From Octopus vulgaris (Eukaryota), in contig OX597834.1 in assembly GCA_951406725.2 (NCBI GenBank), positions 13,144,001-13,208,000 on the forward strand: a stretch of DNA of 64,000 nt. Direction: 5' to 3'. The translations under genes and the position numbers were made by a program. Below, one piece after another: positions 27,894 through 41,255 of this stretch (positions within the stretch are counted from its first letter, which is position 1; each line of letters begins with the position of its first letter). Under the pieces are notes generated by a model. That model saw only the letters and a list, made by a program, of their open reading frames with translations. It searched no databases and was not told where the DNA came from.

Positions 27894-28779
27894 AAACGCA
27901 CACAATCATTTATAATTGAACAAACATTGTAGCACAGGAATTCTTTACAATAATCTTAAGATAAAAATTGTTTAATAACGTAAAACTTGAATATATATTG
28001 TTCATTTCTTGACAGTTCTTACGTGCCATCTACAAAGATTACAGTAATATACACCTACCACATGCTTCTGCGTTGCATATATTCATGAAGATAATGATTG
28101 TGTCGCAAACAATATTTATTTTTTAAGCCAATTTAAATACGATCTCACGAAACACTACATGCTACTATATCCAGATAATAAATGACACAGTGTTTTCCAT
28201 TAGCAGCGAAATGTATTAATAGACTGTTGAATAAATTAGAGATATATCTAATTGTGTAGAACAGTAATTTTTAAATGAATAAGAAGAAATATTAATTAAA
28301 TTTGCACAAAATAATTAGCAGGTATTTAAAAAACATTACACAAATATTATATTTTTTTCATACGATCAAAAAATTCCAATTTATTCATTGTTAAATAATA
28401 TATCAATAATCCTATATATTAATACTTTTGAATTTATGCGTGATAATTAATTTATTTGGCTAATTAATTTTTGGCTATCATATTTGCTGATATCATTGCT
28501 TTGATATATTCGTATACGTGCGCGCCCTGGGTTTCTATTAATTTGCGCTATCTCTCACAATAGCAGAAGTTGAAAAGACTCGGATTCTAATAAAAGCACA
28601 CGTTCTCATCCAAACCAAAGAAACCAATACATTTGCATTTCTTTGCTTGAATATTAATTAAGTACTTTGAAGAATTTGATGAAGATAGTAGTATACAAAC
28701 ACAAACTCACGCACACACGTGCGATTTCTATATAACTATATCTGTGAGCGCATGTGTGCGTGTGTGTAGCGTCCGAACT

Positions 28780-29090
28780 CATGGAAAATGAAAATCTACC
28801 TCTGCCTATATGTTTCTTAAAAGAAAAAAGCACCATCACATTTAACTTTGAATGCAGCGTATGCCTCGATGTTTGCGAATCCAACGGAGTCCTCAAAAAG
28901 CGTTTTAAGATCCACAAAAAAGGAGAAGCTATCTGCTGGCCTTGGTGGTCCAAATCCGACGTTCAATCTATGCGGGTATCTTTTAAGAACATTGTCTGGT
29001 TTAAAAAGTCACATCAGACATCATGATGGTGCTAATATGTAGGTATATGAGGTGGTGAAATTCTGTATAAGGCGTAGACAACCACCATAC
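28780..29090 (+). mobile_element. Decayed zinc-finger-like C-terminus, probably an RTE-type LINE remnant
   Basis: FECSVCLDVCESNGVLKKRFKIH and, in another frame, [19 protein letters not shown]. Both lack a zinc ligand and a frameshift separates them. TTAAAAGAAAAA..GCACCATCAC is shared with 30847-30870. Confidence 0.4.
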
Positions 29091-29115
29091 ATACATATAT
29101 ATATGTGTATATATA

Positions 29116-29172
<57 letters not shown>

Positions 29173-29231
29173 TAAATATATATATATATGTATATATATA
29201 TATGTATGTATGTGCATATATATATATATAC

Positions 29232-29287
<56 letters not shown>

Positions 29288-29435
29288 GTATATATGTGCA
29301 TATATGTATATATATATTGTATGTATGTGTATATATATCCACACATCTCTGAGTCTTCATGTTTGCCTATTTAATTAAAGACATGCCAGCGTAAACCATG
29401 AGTTTCCCATTATTATTATATCCATTTTCTTCTCT

Positions 29436-29528
<93 letters not shown>

Positions 29529-29984
29529 TATATATATAGCTTTATGAACTTACATTTACATGTGCCTGCATGTCTGCCTGCATAGATACACACATACACA
29601 CACAAGTATATGTTATAGATATTGTACTAATGTTTGCTTGTATGTTATAATAAAAAAAACAACAACTTACTTTTAGTTATCTATATTGTTTAATGTGAAT
29701 AAGAGACTTCTGCACTCATATACGTTTGGTTTCGCTATAAGATCTTTATGCGTTACGTCATGCTGATAATCTAGGATTTTCGAAATGTATGGAGTTTGGC
29801 CAACGATATAAAATTTTTATCTTCGTAAATATGTTTGTGAGATTTGGCCGTGCAACTCGTACTGAGAAAACCTTTAAGCAGGTTAGTAGCTGCTTAATGA
29901 ATGCTAAATTCCTCATGCGTAGCTATACTGGCGGAAAAATTTAATTTCTAAATTATAATGTATCGGTAGAGTTTATGATAAATA

Positions 29985-30377
29985 TGGATGGAAACACTCC
30001 GTCGGTTACGACGATGAGGGTTCCGGTTGATCCGAATCAACGGAACAGACTGCTCGTGAAATTAACGTGTAAGTGGCTGAGCACTCCACAGACACGTGTA
30101 CCCTTAACGTAGTTCTCGGGGATATTCAGCGTGACACAGAGAGTGACAAGGCCGGCCCCTTGAAATACAGGTACAACAGAAACAGGAAGTAAGAGTAGAG
30201 TGAGAGAAAGTTGAGGCGAAAGAGTACAACAGGGGTCGCCACCACCCCCTGTCGGAGCCTCGTGGAGCTTTAGGTGTTTTCGCTCAATAAACACACACAA
30301 CGACCGGTCTGGGAATCGAAACCGCGATCCTCCGACCGCGAGTCCGCTGCCCTAACCACTGGGCCATTGCGCCTCCA
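29985..30377 (-). mobile_element. Family B SINE
   Basis: Full-length reverse-complement copy with ATGATAAA on both flanks. Confidence 0.9.
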
Positions 30378-30912
30378 TGATAAAAATATATGCAGGGTCT
30401 GTTTAAAATTCTAACTGAAATTGGCTCCTTAAACAGGCAATGATGGATAACGCTAAATTAATGTGTGGGATAAAATGAGAATTTAATTTTTAACCAATAC
30501 AAATTGTATTCTGAAAAACTAATTATTAAACGGCTGAACACTTCAAGTCCGCATCGATCGTTTGCGGAATTTGTATGCCGCATGAATGTGTTACAACATG
30601 AACTAGGTGGTAATTACTTGTTTTTTCTTTGCCCGTATACTCCAGAGCGAGTGAGATTGAAAGAATCAAATAAATCGCTGGATCACTTTTCGACGCCGAA
30701 TGGATAATACCAAATATGAATTTGGCTGTATTAAAGCATAATACACGGTGAACCACAACGATTAACGAACGTCGTTCAATCGGACATCTTTACAAAAGAT
30801 CGTTTCAATTTGCTACCGATTAATGTTTGTATTCGAAGACGCCTTTGTTAAAAGAAAAAGCACCATCACTTTTAACCCTTAACTCCATAAAACGTATGTG
30901 TACTAAAATTCT

Positions 30913-31293
30913 GTGGAGGCGCAATGGCCCAGTGGTTAGGGCAGCGGACTCGCGGTCGTAGGATCGCGGTTTCGATTCCCAGACCGGGCGTTGTGAGTGT
31001 TTATTGAGCGAAAACACCTAAAGCTCCATGAGGCTCCGGCAGGGGATGGTGGTGATCCCTGCTGTACTCTTTCACCACAACTTACTCTTACTTCTTGTTT
31101 CTGTTGTACCTGTATTTCAAAGGGCCGGCCTTGTCACTCTCTGTGTCATGCTGAATATCCCCGAGAACTACGTTAAGGGTACACGTGTCTGTGGAGTGCT
31201 CAGCCACTTACACGTTAATTTCACGAGCAAGCTGTTCCGTTGATCAGAGCAACCGGAACCCTCGTCGTCGTAACCGACGGAGTGCTTCCACCC
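30913..31293 (+). mobile_element. Family B SINE with TSD
   Basis: 11-bp TSD ACTAAAATTCT at 30902-30912 and 31294-31304. Confidence 0.92.
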
Positions 31294-31764
31294 ACTAAAA
31301 TTCTAAGTCTCTGCTTTATAAGAATAATATTAACGATTAATAATTGATATCATTTCGGCCTTTTTTAAGTTCTGAGTTTAAATTCTGCCGAGGCTTTGCA
31401 TCGTTTCCGAGTCGATACAATAAGAACCATTTGAACACGGCGCTCGATTTAACCGCAAACTTTCTTGAGTTGTGCCAAAGTTTGAAGTCACTGATTAATG
31501 TTGTCGTTTTTATTATTATTATTATTTTTTTTTATTATTGTTATATATTTGACTTTTGCTTTATATTTGTACAGGTTGGCTCCAAGTCTCACCCAGAGAC
31601 CTCAAGAGACAACAGGTTGGAAGTTCGTATTGTTGTTATGCCTAGTGTGCCATATATTTGGTTTTGTACTTAGTGTTGTACTAGTGAATGTCTACAAAAA
31701 TTTTTTAAAGAAAGAAGAAAAAAACATACGAAACTTATATCTGTTTTAAAACTTGAGATTACGT

Positions 31765-31950
<186 letters not shown>

Positions 31951-32178
31951 GTCTTTGTATTCATTGTATCGACAAAACTGCGGTCAAAATAATATACGCT
32001 GCATTCAGTTATATCATTTGTTTTCCATAGTTGATATCCCACAGGAATCACTTTTAAACTTTTGTTTCTTTTCTCGTAGCAATTCGATCAAATAGTGACA
32101 GAGATCGAGTGGTAGTTGTTACAGTCTGTGCCGTTTCTTTTATAAAGATTTCCGTATTTATATCCATATGAATATTAT

Positions 32179-33418
32179 ATTCGGTTGGCAAGAATACAAT
32201 TTCATTTTTCGCATACATGGTGACGACTTTTGTCAATGTTATATTTTTTTTTTGCATTTCACATTTTATAGCCATTACGTTTAGTTTACTTCCGAAGTAA
32301 ATTTCGCTTATTTTTGTTTACCGATGTTAGTTCAATGTCAATTTTAACTTGGAGTGCAAAATGAACATTTTCGCCATATTTTTTTCCGTAAAGGCAAGAA
32401 GCTGCTGAGGTCCACAAATTGGTATATAGATTTTAAGGTGTTGGTTGCATAACAGAACGCACATGTAGGAAATGATATAAACAATTCCGTTCAGGAGATA
32501 TTTCACTCAAAGTATCATCACTTGTCATTCAATCTTTAGACGAAATCACGTTCTGGTCGACCTACTGAAGTAGATGACCGAATCAAAGCTATAATTTAAT
32601 CTGATTGTCATATAACATTTCAAGAGATTGCAGACAGGTTAAATGTATCACGACAATAAAAAATTACTTAAGATTTCTTCGACTCGTAAAGAAGTTCTGT
32701 ACTACGGTTCAAATCGAAATGACAGAAATTCACTTAACACAACGACCTAATATTTTGAATATGCTTCTCAAACGCAGAGAGATCGACCTTGTTTTGAAAC
32801 GAATCATCGATGGTGACTAAGAATGGATTGTCTTCAATAATATCAATCGAAAACAATCATAGCCCAAGTGTAATGAACCAGCACAAGCCACTTTGGAAGC
32901 TGAATTACATAAAAAAAATTGTCCCGCTGTCAAATTGGGATTAAAAAGTGTTGTGTATGTTGAGACGCTTCCAAGGAACCAAGTGATCAATTGAGATGTT
33001 TACTGCCAACTACTAATGAAACTGGGGGAATCAATCGAAGAAAAATGGCAAGAATTGGCCAAAACGTAAAGGAATCGAGTTCCACCATGGCAATTGTTGC
33101 AGCTTGGTTCGAAAGTAATGTCAAATCAACCACATAGCTCTACTCTTCCGACATCAGATTCCCATTTATTTCGAAGTTTGCAAAATTTTTGGAATGGTAA
33201 ATCTTTGAATGATGATGTCCATCTCAAACCGCATTTGCTTCAGTTTTTGGCTGTTAGGGATCAGAAGTTCTATGAGTCCTGCATTATAAAATTGCAGAAA
33301 GATGGAAAAAGGTCATTGAACAAAATGAAAATATTTACTACATCCATTGTATGTAAAAAAAAAAGTCTTCCTTATATTTCACACTAAAAAAAATGAAATT
33401 ACTTTCTTGCCAAATTGG
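32179..33418 (+). mobile_element. Full-length but inactivated mariner (DD34D) element, ~1.24 kb
   Basis: TIRs TTGGCAAGAATACAATTTCATTTTT / AAAAATGAAATTACTTTCTTGCCAA. Peptides EHFRHI, KRIIDGD*EWIVFNN (IVTGDEKW motif) and PHSSTLPTSDSHLFRSLQN (YSPDLAPSDYHLFRSLQN) are interrupted by stops and frameshifts. Confidence 0.9.
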
Positions 33419-33535
33419 TATGTTCGCAAGAGAAAAAATGTAGGATAATTTGAACCATTGACTTCAAATAGCGGCTTCGTTGTAGTGTTTACATAAAAGT
33501 ACAATCTCAGCACTTGACTATATCGACTCTCTCCC

Positions 33536-33723
33536 TCTCTATTACTTGTTTCAGTCATTTGAGTGCGGCCATGCTAGAGCACTGCCTTTAGTCGAGCAAA
33601 TCGACCTCAGGATTTATTCTTTGTAAGCCCAGTACTAATTCTATCAGTATCTTTTGCTGAACCGCTAGGTGACGGGGACGTAAACACACCAGCATCAGTT
33701 GTCAAGCAATGCTAGGGGGACAA

Positions 33724-33801
<78 letters not shown>

Positions 33802-33957
33802 GACAGGCTTCTTTCAGTCTCCGTCTACGAAATCCACTCACAAGGCTTTGGTCGGCCCGAGGCTATAGCAGAAGACACTTGCCCAAGATGCCACACAGCG
33901 GGACTGAACCCGGATCCATGTGGCTGGTTAGCAAGCTACTTACCATATAGCCACTCC
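33536..33957 (-). mobile_element. Family C SINE, full length
   Basis: tRNA head, CTTGGGCAAGTGTCTT (CORE-like) segment, internal microsatellite and tail. Confidence 0.9.
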
Positions 33958-34862
33958 ACGACGCGTACACGAAGTTAAGATCAGCACACCATTGGTGGCA
34001 CAATATATAAACAGTATGAAATTATATAGTGATGCTAAATGACGGGGGTCATCGTACTTTCACAGTTCGATAGGAACAATTCCTCTCTCCCATTTTTCTA
34101 TCCATTGATACAATAAAAACCAGACGTTTCAGCCTTCTGCCAATGGGAAAAAAATAATATTTAAAACAATTAGTTTTTACGTTAGACTCAGAAAGTTTTA
34201 AGCAAAAATATACATAAATAAAATAAAATATACAAATAAACATGACAGCGGTTCTATTTTAAATACTGTGATATTTTCCCCTTTGGGTACGTGTAAATCT
34301 TATTACGAATGGAGTTCACTATTTCTCTAGAAAAAAAATCACATTTATTTCAGTATTAGCATATGTCTTTCTTTGGAATTTCATTTTTCCTATTATTTAT
34401 TTCTATTATATCGTGAATATTTTCACGTTCTTTTTTATACCCTTGATTTCTTCCGTAATATTTCTTGTCTTAGAATGTCTTTCTTTTACTTCTTGTTATA
34501 TAATTCCTGATGCAATTCTCCATTTTATTTCTCCTCTCTGTTTCGTTTTTTTTCTTCTTTCTCATCATTTGCATTTCTGTTATTTTATATTGCAGTCATG
34601 TTATTCATTACACATTTTTGCTATATGATTCTTTATTTCTTTCATCCTTATTTTTTTCTTTCTATCTTTCTTTATATATATATATATATGTATGTATTCT
34701 CTTTTATTTTATTCATTTCTAGTCCTTGCCTAACATAGCGATTTCGTTATTGTTGCCGTTAATATTATAGCGAATTCTGCTTCGCTAACTTCATGATGAA
34801 TAACTCTGCTGTGATATTGTTAAACAAATAGAAGCAGAGAGCCATAGATACGTGCACATACT

Positions 34863-34927
<65 letters not shown>

Positions 34928-35054
34928 CAATCTGTCTGTGTGTTTACTTATATATTTATACCTATAACTATATATAATATATATATATATGCATATATAT
35001 ATACATGTACATACATACACACACGCACATATGTATATATATATATATATATGA

Positions 35055-35167
<113 letters not shown>

Positions 35168-35301
35168 TATACACACACGCACGCGCACATAGGATTACAC
35201 AAGTACACTCTTTAAAATTGTCGCCAAGTAATGGAATTGGCTGAAGAAGCGTAATCATTTTCAACGTTAGCATGCATCTGCATACAAATTACAAACATAC
35301 C

Positions 35302-35343
<42 letters not shown>

Positions 35344-36283
35344 CATGCATTTATATACGCCCGTTGAAATAGGTTTGTGTATATATGCTTCTCTTTCTGC
35401 CTCTCTCTCTCTATATATATATCTCTCTATATATATATACACATATATGTATATGTTATTCATCTATGTATATATGTATATACCTACACACACATATATA
35501 TGTGTGTGTGTACATATATGTATATATATGTATGTATTTGATATGTATATATATATGTATATGCGTGTGAATACCTGAGATGATGTATGCATGTCTGTCT
35601 GTGTGTCCGTTTAATCTTATATATGCGTCTGCCTATATGTATGTGCGTGAATGTGAGTGACTATATAGGAATATTGTAATCTTCATTTCTAACCATCTTT
35701 CTTAATTTATATTCTATTTCGTGAAACTAATATGAAATGAAAAGAAAAGCTGTCGAATTTAAAATCAGTTTCTGTAGATTATACTATACATATATATTCT
35801 GTATTTTCAGCAGTTGGCATCATATTCTTTAATTATGTAAATTGACATATTTGAATATGTTTTAAGCAGTTTTAGCTTTTACTGTTTTCCTTGTCTTATT
35901 GCTGTAGTTTTCGTAATCATCGTCATACAAACCGACACTGAATTCCCATGTTATTTTTAAACATTCGATTACTGTTTGCAAATATTTAAGTTATTGTAGA
36001 AGCTGGAAAGATGAAATACAAAGATCGACGGAGGAAAATATTCAGATCACATCTCTCAAGAATCAAAACAGGTCGTCCTTTTTTATCTTTAATTGCATAA
36101 TATTTTACATGATTTTAATACATATAAATACGTCTTCGTAAAATCAAGAAGATTACATGATTCTACAATGAACAAGTGTTCATCGAAATGAAGTTGTCAC
36201 GCATAAATTAATGCGAACAGTATTAATTTAAATCTATGTTTGCGAGTGTACATATATGTATATATGTGTATGTACATGTGTAT

Positions 36284-36374
<91 letters not shown>

Positions 36375-36375
<1 letters not shown>

Positions 36376-36555
36376 ATGAACGACGATTTAACAAAATTCC
36401 TGTATTCTCGACACATGTTTCGAAGACTGCATATTCTTAATTCCGAAGGAATAAAGGGTGCATGTAGCTTCAACCGTGCTTTCTGAAGTAAATCTGCTAC
36501 CCGGGTATCGGTTAACGAAATTATCCATACTAGGATAATTCATTCAACTACTTAT
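36375..36555 (-). mobile_element. Internally deleted copy of the 47.2-kb hammerhead module
   Basis: Matches 47195-47283 joined directly to 47430-47525 at GCAT. Confidence 0.8.
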
Positions 36556-37088
36556 ATCGATATATATATATATTATATTTTTTTAATAATTTTGTTATAT
36601 ATTTAAATAATATAAATTAAATAATCATATGTATTGGCTTAAGTTTTTCATTGTATGATTTGCCTAATAGTGGTTTTGTCTCTTATATATATATATATAT
36701 ATGTGTATATATTTAAGAAAGAAATGAATCTTAAGATACATTAGGTAAGATACATCGTAAACAATTCAAAATTACTTATGTATATATCAGTGGCCAGAGC
36801 ATGCAATTAAAAACCTTTATTTCCTCAAATAATCATATATAATTGTGAATAAATCACAATTGTAACGGAGAAGGTTATAAACCCCATTACACGTCTAGAA
36901 ATAGCAGTCAAAACCGCTATAAAGTCAATATAACTACTCAAATAATATCCTCTCAAAACGAAAAGATGTCGGCGAGCGACATGACATAAATATACACCAT
37001 AAATATACTCAATCATTACATTCACACATATTTAGAGATATTTTTTATGTGTTCCTATGTGTATATACATATATATATATATATATAT

Positions 37089-37161
<73 letters not shown>

Positions 37162-38680
37162 TGATAATAATATGAGTGAAAAATTGAATATTAATTTGAT
37201 CAATATCAATTTAAATCTACTGGTCTAGCATAAAGTAAAATCTGCAGTTTCAGAAAAAAATATATTACATAAATATAAGTGGGAAGACCTGTAAGTGGAC
37301 ATCCGTTATGCTAGAAGAAGATCCACTATGGTCTTACCACTAAGAAAGGAATGTTCTCAAGGAAACTTAGCAAATGCCAGAATGTAAGCGAGTAAGACAA
37401 ATGAACAGATGCAAAATATGGATTAATCACAAACCTGGTTTGTGATTAATCTATATTTTGTATCGTTTCTTTTGTCACAATAACAAAAATTATGATAATA
37501 ATGGTTTTACATTTAGGCACAAGACCAGCAATCACAGGAGTGTGACAAATCGATTACACTAAAATAGTATTTGAAAAATTTTAAATGAAATATCGACCTC
37601 TGCGGAATTATAATGAAGTCTCAAAGTTGTCAGATGGTGCTGAGACGTAGATAACATAGCAGAAGATATTTTAATAAGGAGAGTATGAAATGTTTCTATA
37701 ATAGATATTATAGAAATATGGAATATTTCTATAATATATATTTAATACAGAAAGGCAGATTTTATAAAACAGTAAACATTGCATACTGACAAAGTTCATC
37801 ATGGAATCTGGGACTTCAGACAAGTACAGAGAGAGAGAGAGAGAGGGGGGGGGAGGGAGATTGACAGGATGTGAGGAAGAAAGAGAGTAACAGAAAAAGG
37901 CATTACTTCGAAGCACGACCCACGAGAATATTGCATTATATTCTGAAATACTGCAACATGATGTTACATTAAAAAAATGCTGGAAACTAGATTTTTAAGA
38001 CTTTCAACATATCTGGTTATATACCTGATACAGAGACGGGAGCTACAGCTAAATAATACCGAAACGTAGAACTAACAACCCCAATTGTATTTCATTCGTA
38101 TATACCATTGACTTCATTGTGTCTACTTATTTCCTATTTAAAACTTAGAATGATGCGAAGAAAAATTACGTAATTGCGACATGTGTTTGTATATATTGTC
38201 GACACTCTGCGACACCTACCTATCATTATATGCCAGCAATATGGTAATGTTACACGGAAATTGTGTTCCTCCAAGCAATTCTTCCACACCCATTTGTATT
38301 TAATGATATATTTTGTTTCCAAAGCTTGTACAGAGTTGAATAGAATCATACTATGATTAAGAAAGAACAAAATATCCCAATCTATTGATCGTTATCTGTG
38401 TAAACAGCAGGCTATTCTGTGTAAGATTCATTGATAAAGAAACGTAGAAGCTTTCACAGTGATACTTAGGAAGAGATAACAAAAACACCGCTTCGAAGCT
38501 TTGCAGAGTGGCTGCTAAAAGAATCATGTTTAAATAGGAAACTAATGCCATATCCCCCCCCCACCTTCTGTATTGTACAAACTTTATTTGACATAGCGAT
38601 TACATACACCAGCAGCTCAGAAATATATAGAGCTCAGAAATATATAGGGCTCAGCTCTATAACTATTTTTTTAATGCATT

Positions 38681-39065
38681 TCATTTCATTTTGTTCTAGC
38701 TCACGAGCTGTGACCATGCTGGGGCACTGCCATTCGGTGTTGCTACAGGATTTTACTTCACGAATGCTTTTTAGCAATTGACATTTGGTGCATGAGTGAG
38801 TTCGATGCAGCTGCCCTCAACTGCCCCTCCTGCCTTGAAGGTGTTTCATCTGGGACACCTGACAGAACGAGATCCAGCTTTAGTTTGAATACATCTGCAT
38901 CCAACCCATGCAGGTCTCTCATGTCCTTCGGGAGGATATTGAACAGATGTGGATCGCTGAACCCCAGGCTATCGCAGTATCTTGTCCTACATATTGATGG
39001 CAAATTTGGAAACATTGCCACTATGCAGTGGTGGCTAGTTCTAGTATTTGTGTTATTATCATTGT
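38681..39065 (-). mobile_element. 3' end of a non-LTR retrotransposon (CR1/L2-group-like)
   Basis: ORF end LFNILPKDMRDLHGLDADVFKLKLDLVLSGVPD...RAAASNSL matches the LFNxLP...FKxxLD post-RT motif. It is followed by a short 3' UTR and a (TGAAA)-like tail. Confidence 0.7.
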
Positions 39066-39080
39066 AATTATTACAAATAT

Positions 39081-39410
39081 ACTCTTTCCTCTTTTACTCT
39101 TTTACTTCTTTCAGTCATTTGACTGCGGCCATGCTGGAGCACCGCCTTTTTAAGCCCAGTACTTATTCTATCGGTGTCTTTTGCAGAACCGCTAATTGAC
39201 GGGGACGTAAACACACCAGCATCGGTTGTCAAGCGATGCCTGGGGGACAAACACACACACACTTATATATATATATATATATATATATACGACAGGCTTC
39301 TTTCAGTTTCCGTCTACCAAATCCACTCACAAGGCATTGATCGGCCCGGGGCTATAGCAGAAGACATGAACCCGGAACCATGTGGCTGGTTAGCAAGCTA
39401 TTTACAATAC
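39081..39410 (-). mobile_element. Family C SINE with internal deletions
   Basis: Same head, body and tail as the other family C copies. Confidence 0.85.
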
Positions 39411-39671
39411 AGGTGAGATAATGTTTTTCTTATTGTTTTCGTCTCTTTATTACGTGTTTAGCTGCAAGTCATCCACAAGGGAGAGCAATCACGAATGTAG
39501 AGCAAAGAAAGAAGTTTTACGTAGAGCGAGTGGACTAAAATCAGAAATTATAAAGAGTAAAATTGTGATAGTTGAACATTAAATCATGGGTGCCGGGTCA
39601 AAAAACTCGATTTATAATCTCGTCGATTCGAGTTCGTCCTGAATATGCGATATCTTAAGCTAAAATACATA

Positions 39672-39751
<80 letters not shown>

Positions 39752-39756
<5 letters not shown>

Positions 39757-39957
39757 TTCTGTCTCCTTTCTGTAGAAGAGCGTAGGCTCGAAAGGTAAAA
39801 TACATTTTTCAATTCCTGAGCGTTATACTAATACATTTGTTTGTTTTGTACACCACCTGTCTCCGTCTTTTGTTTTAGTATAACGCTCAGGAACTGAAGA
39901 AGTCTTTTACGTTTCGAGCCTACGCTCTTCTACAGAAAGGGACACAGAAAAAAACAA
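39752..39957. repeat. Inverted-repeat module carrying a minimal hammerhead-like variant
   Basis: TTTCTGTAGAAGAGCGTAGGCTCGAAA.GTAAAA...TTCCTGAGCGTTATACTAA is mirrored ~45 bp downstream. Confidence 0.8.
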
Positions 39958-40168
39958 GGAGACAGAAAAATGTGTGTAGTAGCTACCGATCTATCATGGC
40001 GATATATATATATATATATAAAAAGCAATAAAGATTCAAGTTAATTTAAATGAATTTACTTGAATATGGTACCTAACTTAGATGCACCAAAAAAAAACTA
40101 TACTGATTTAACAATACAGTAATGTGGGGTGATTATAAGCGAGAATGAAGCAACAAGAATGGATAGGT

Positions 40169-40259
40169 TTTTAGTACAATCGTTTCATACAAGGACAGGT
40201 TTTATTAAAAGTTGCAAAAATTACAGCATATAAACGTGTCCCGTACTCATCAGCTAAAA
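40169..40259 (-). ncRNA. Type I hammerhead motif in the left arm
   Basis: Reverse complement of 41055-41145. Confidence 0.82.
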
Positions 40260-41054
40260 TACATGTGAGTTCTCTAGACATCCTAGTGGTTGAGGCTATA
40301 CTCATGAAGTAATGTAGATAATTAAGTAACATAAACAGATTTCAAAAGTTCATTAAAGTTCTTTAAAGATGATGTACAGTCTTATCACAGAATTTTAAAA
40401 AAGTCTTAATAGCATCACAGAGAAGGTGACCTAATCCATAGTGCACATATGAATTTCCAGAGATATGATGAGGGATTACATACTCACAGAAGACAAATTT
40501 ATCCATTGTTAATTACAACGAGGTGGGTTTCAATTCCTGCTTATTAGCATTACAGAGAGGGTGAATTAATCCTTTGTATAGATGCACAATTTCCAATGGT
40601 GTATGTGTAAATTACCAAGGAATTTCATATTCACAGGCGATAAATTTATCAATGGTTGAACACAATGAGGTAGGTATCAATTCTTGCTATATGATTAGGT
40701 ATTTGCCACATTAATCACATTACTGCTATTTACAAGAGGCTGTAGCTATTTAACTTTTAAAGGCTGAAGGGCTTACTAGAGCTGTATAGAATAGAAAAGG
40801 GAAGGGCATAGAAGAAAAGAGAGAAAATAAAGGAGGATCCCTCATCATATCTCTGGAAATTCATATGTGCACTATGGATTAGGTCACCTTCTCTGTGATG
40901 CTATTAAGACTTTTTTTAAAATTCTGTGATAAGACTGTACATCATCTTTAAAGAACTTTAATGAACTTTTGAAATCTGTTTATGTTACTTAATTATCTAC
41001 ATTACTTCATGAGTATAGCCTCAACCACTAGGATGTCTAGAGAACTCACATGTA

Positions 41055-41145
41055 TTTTAGCTGATGAGTACGGGACACGTTTATATGCTGTAATTTTTGC
41101 AACTTTTAATAAAACCTGTCCTTGTATGAAACGATTGTACTAAAA
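41055..41145 (+). ncRNA. Type I hammerhead motif with 60-nt stem II region
   Basis: Stem I TTTTAG/CTAAAA, CTGATGA at 41061-41067, stem II GTAC-GGGACA...TGTCCT-T-GTAT, GAAA at 41128-41131. Stem III AC-GATT-GT is quasi-palindromic, with a GTA triplet. Confidence 0.85.
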
Positions 41146-41175
41146 ACCTATCCATTCTTGTTGCTTCATTCTCGC

Positions 41176-41255
<80 letters not shown>

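Larger units (their letters stand above)
40139..41175. repeat. Long near-perfect inverted repeat: arms 40139-40476 and 40837-41175, 360-bp spacer
   Basis: The arms are reverse complements. The only difference seen is an A6 versus T7 run. Flanked by (TA)n. Confidence 0.95.

Noticed and set aside
28754-29042. Host C2H2 zinc-finger gene
   Set aside because: Zinc ligands are missing, there is no TGEKP linker and the frames are shifted. A LINE remnant fits better.
38020-38075. GAAACGTA preceded by CTGATAC
   Set aside because: Core and stem I are too degenerate to call a hammerhead.
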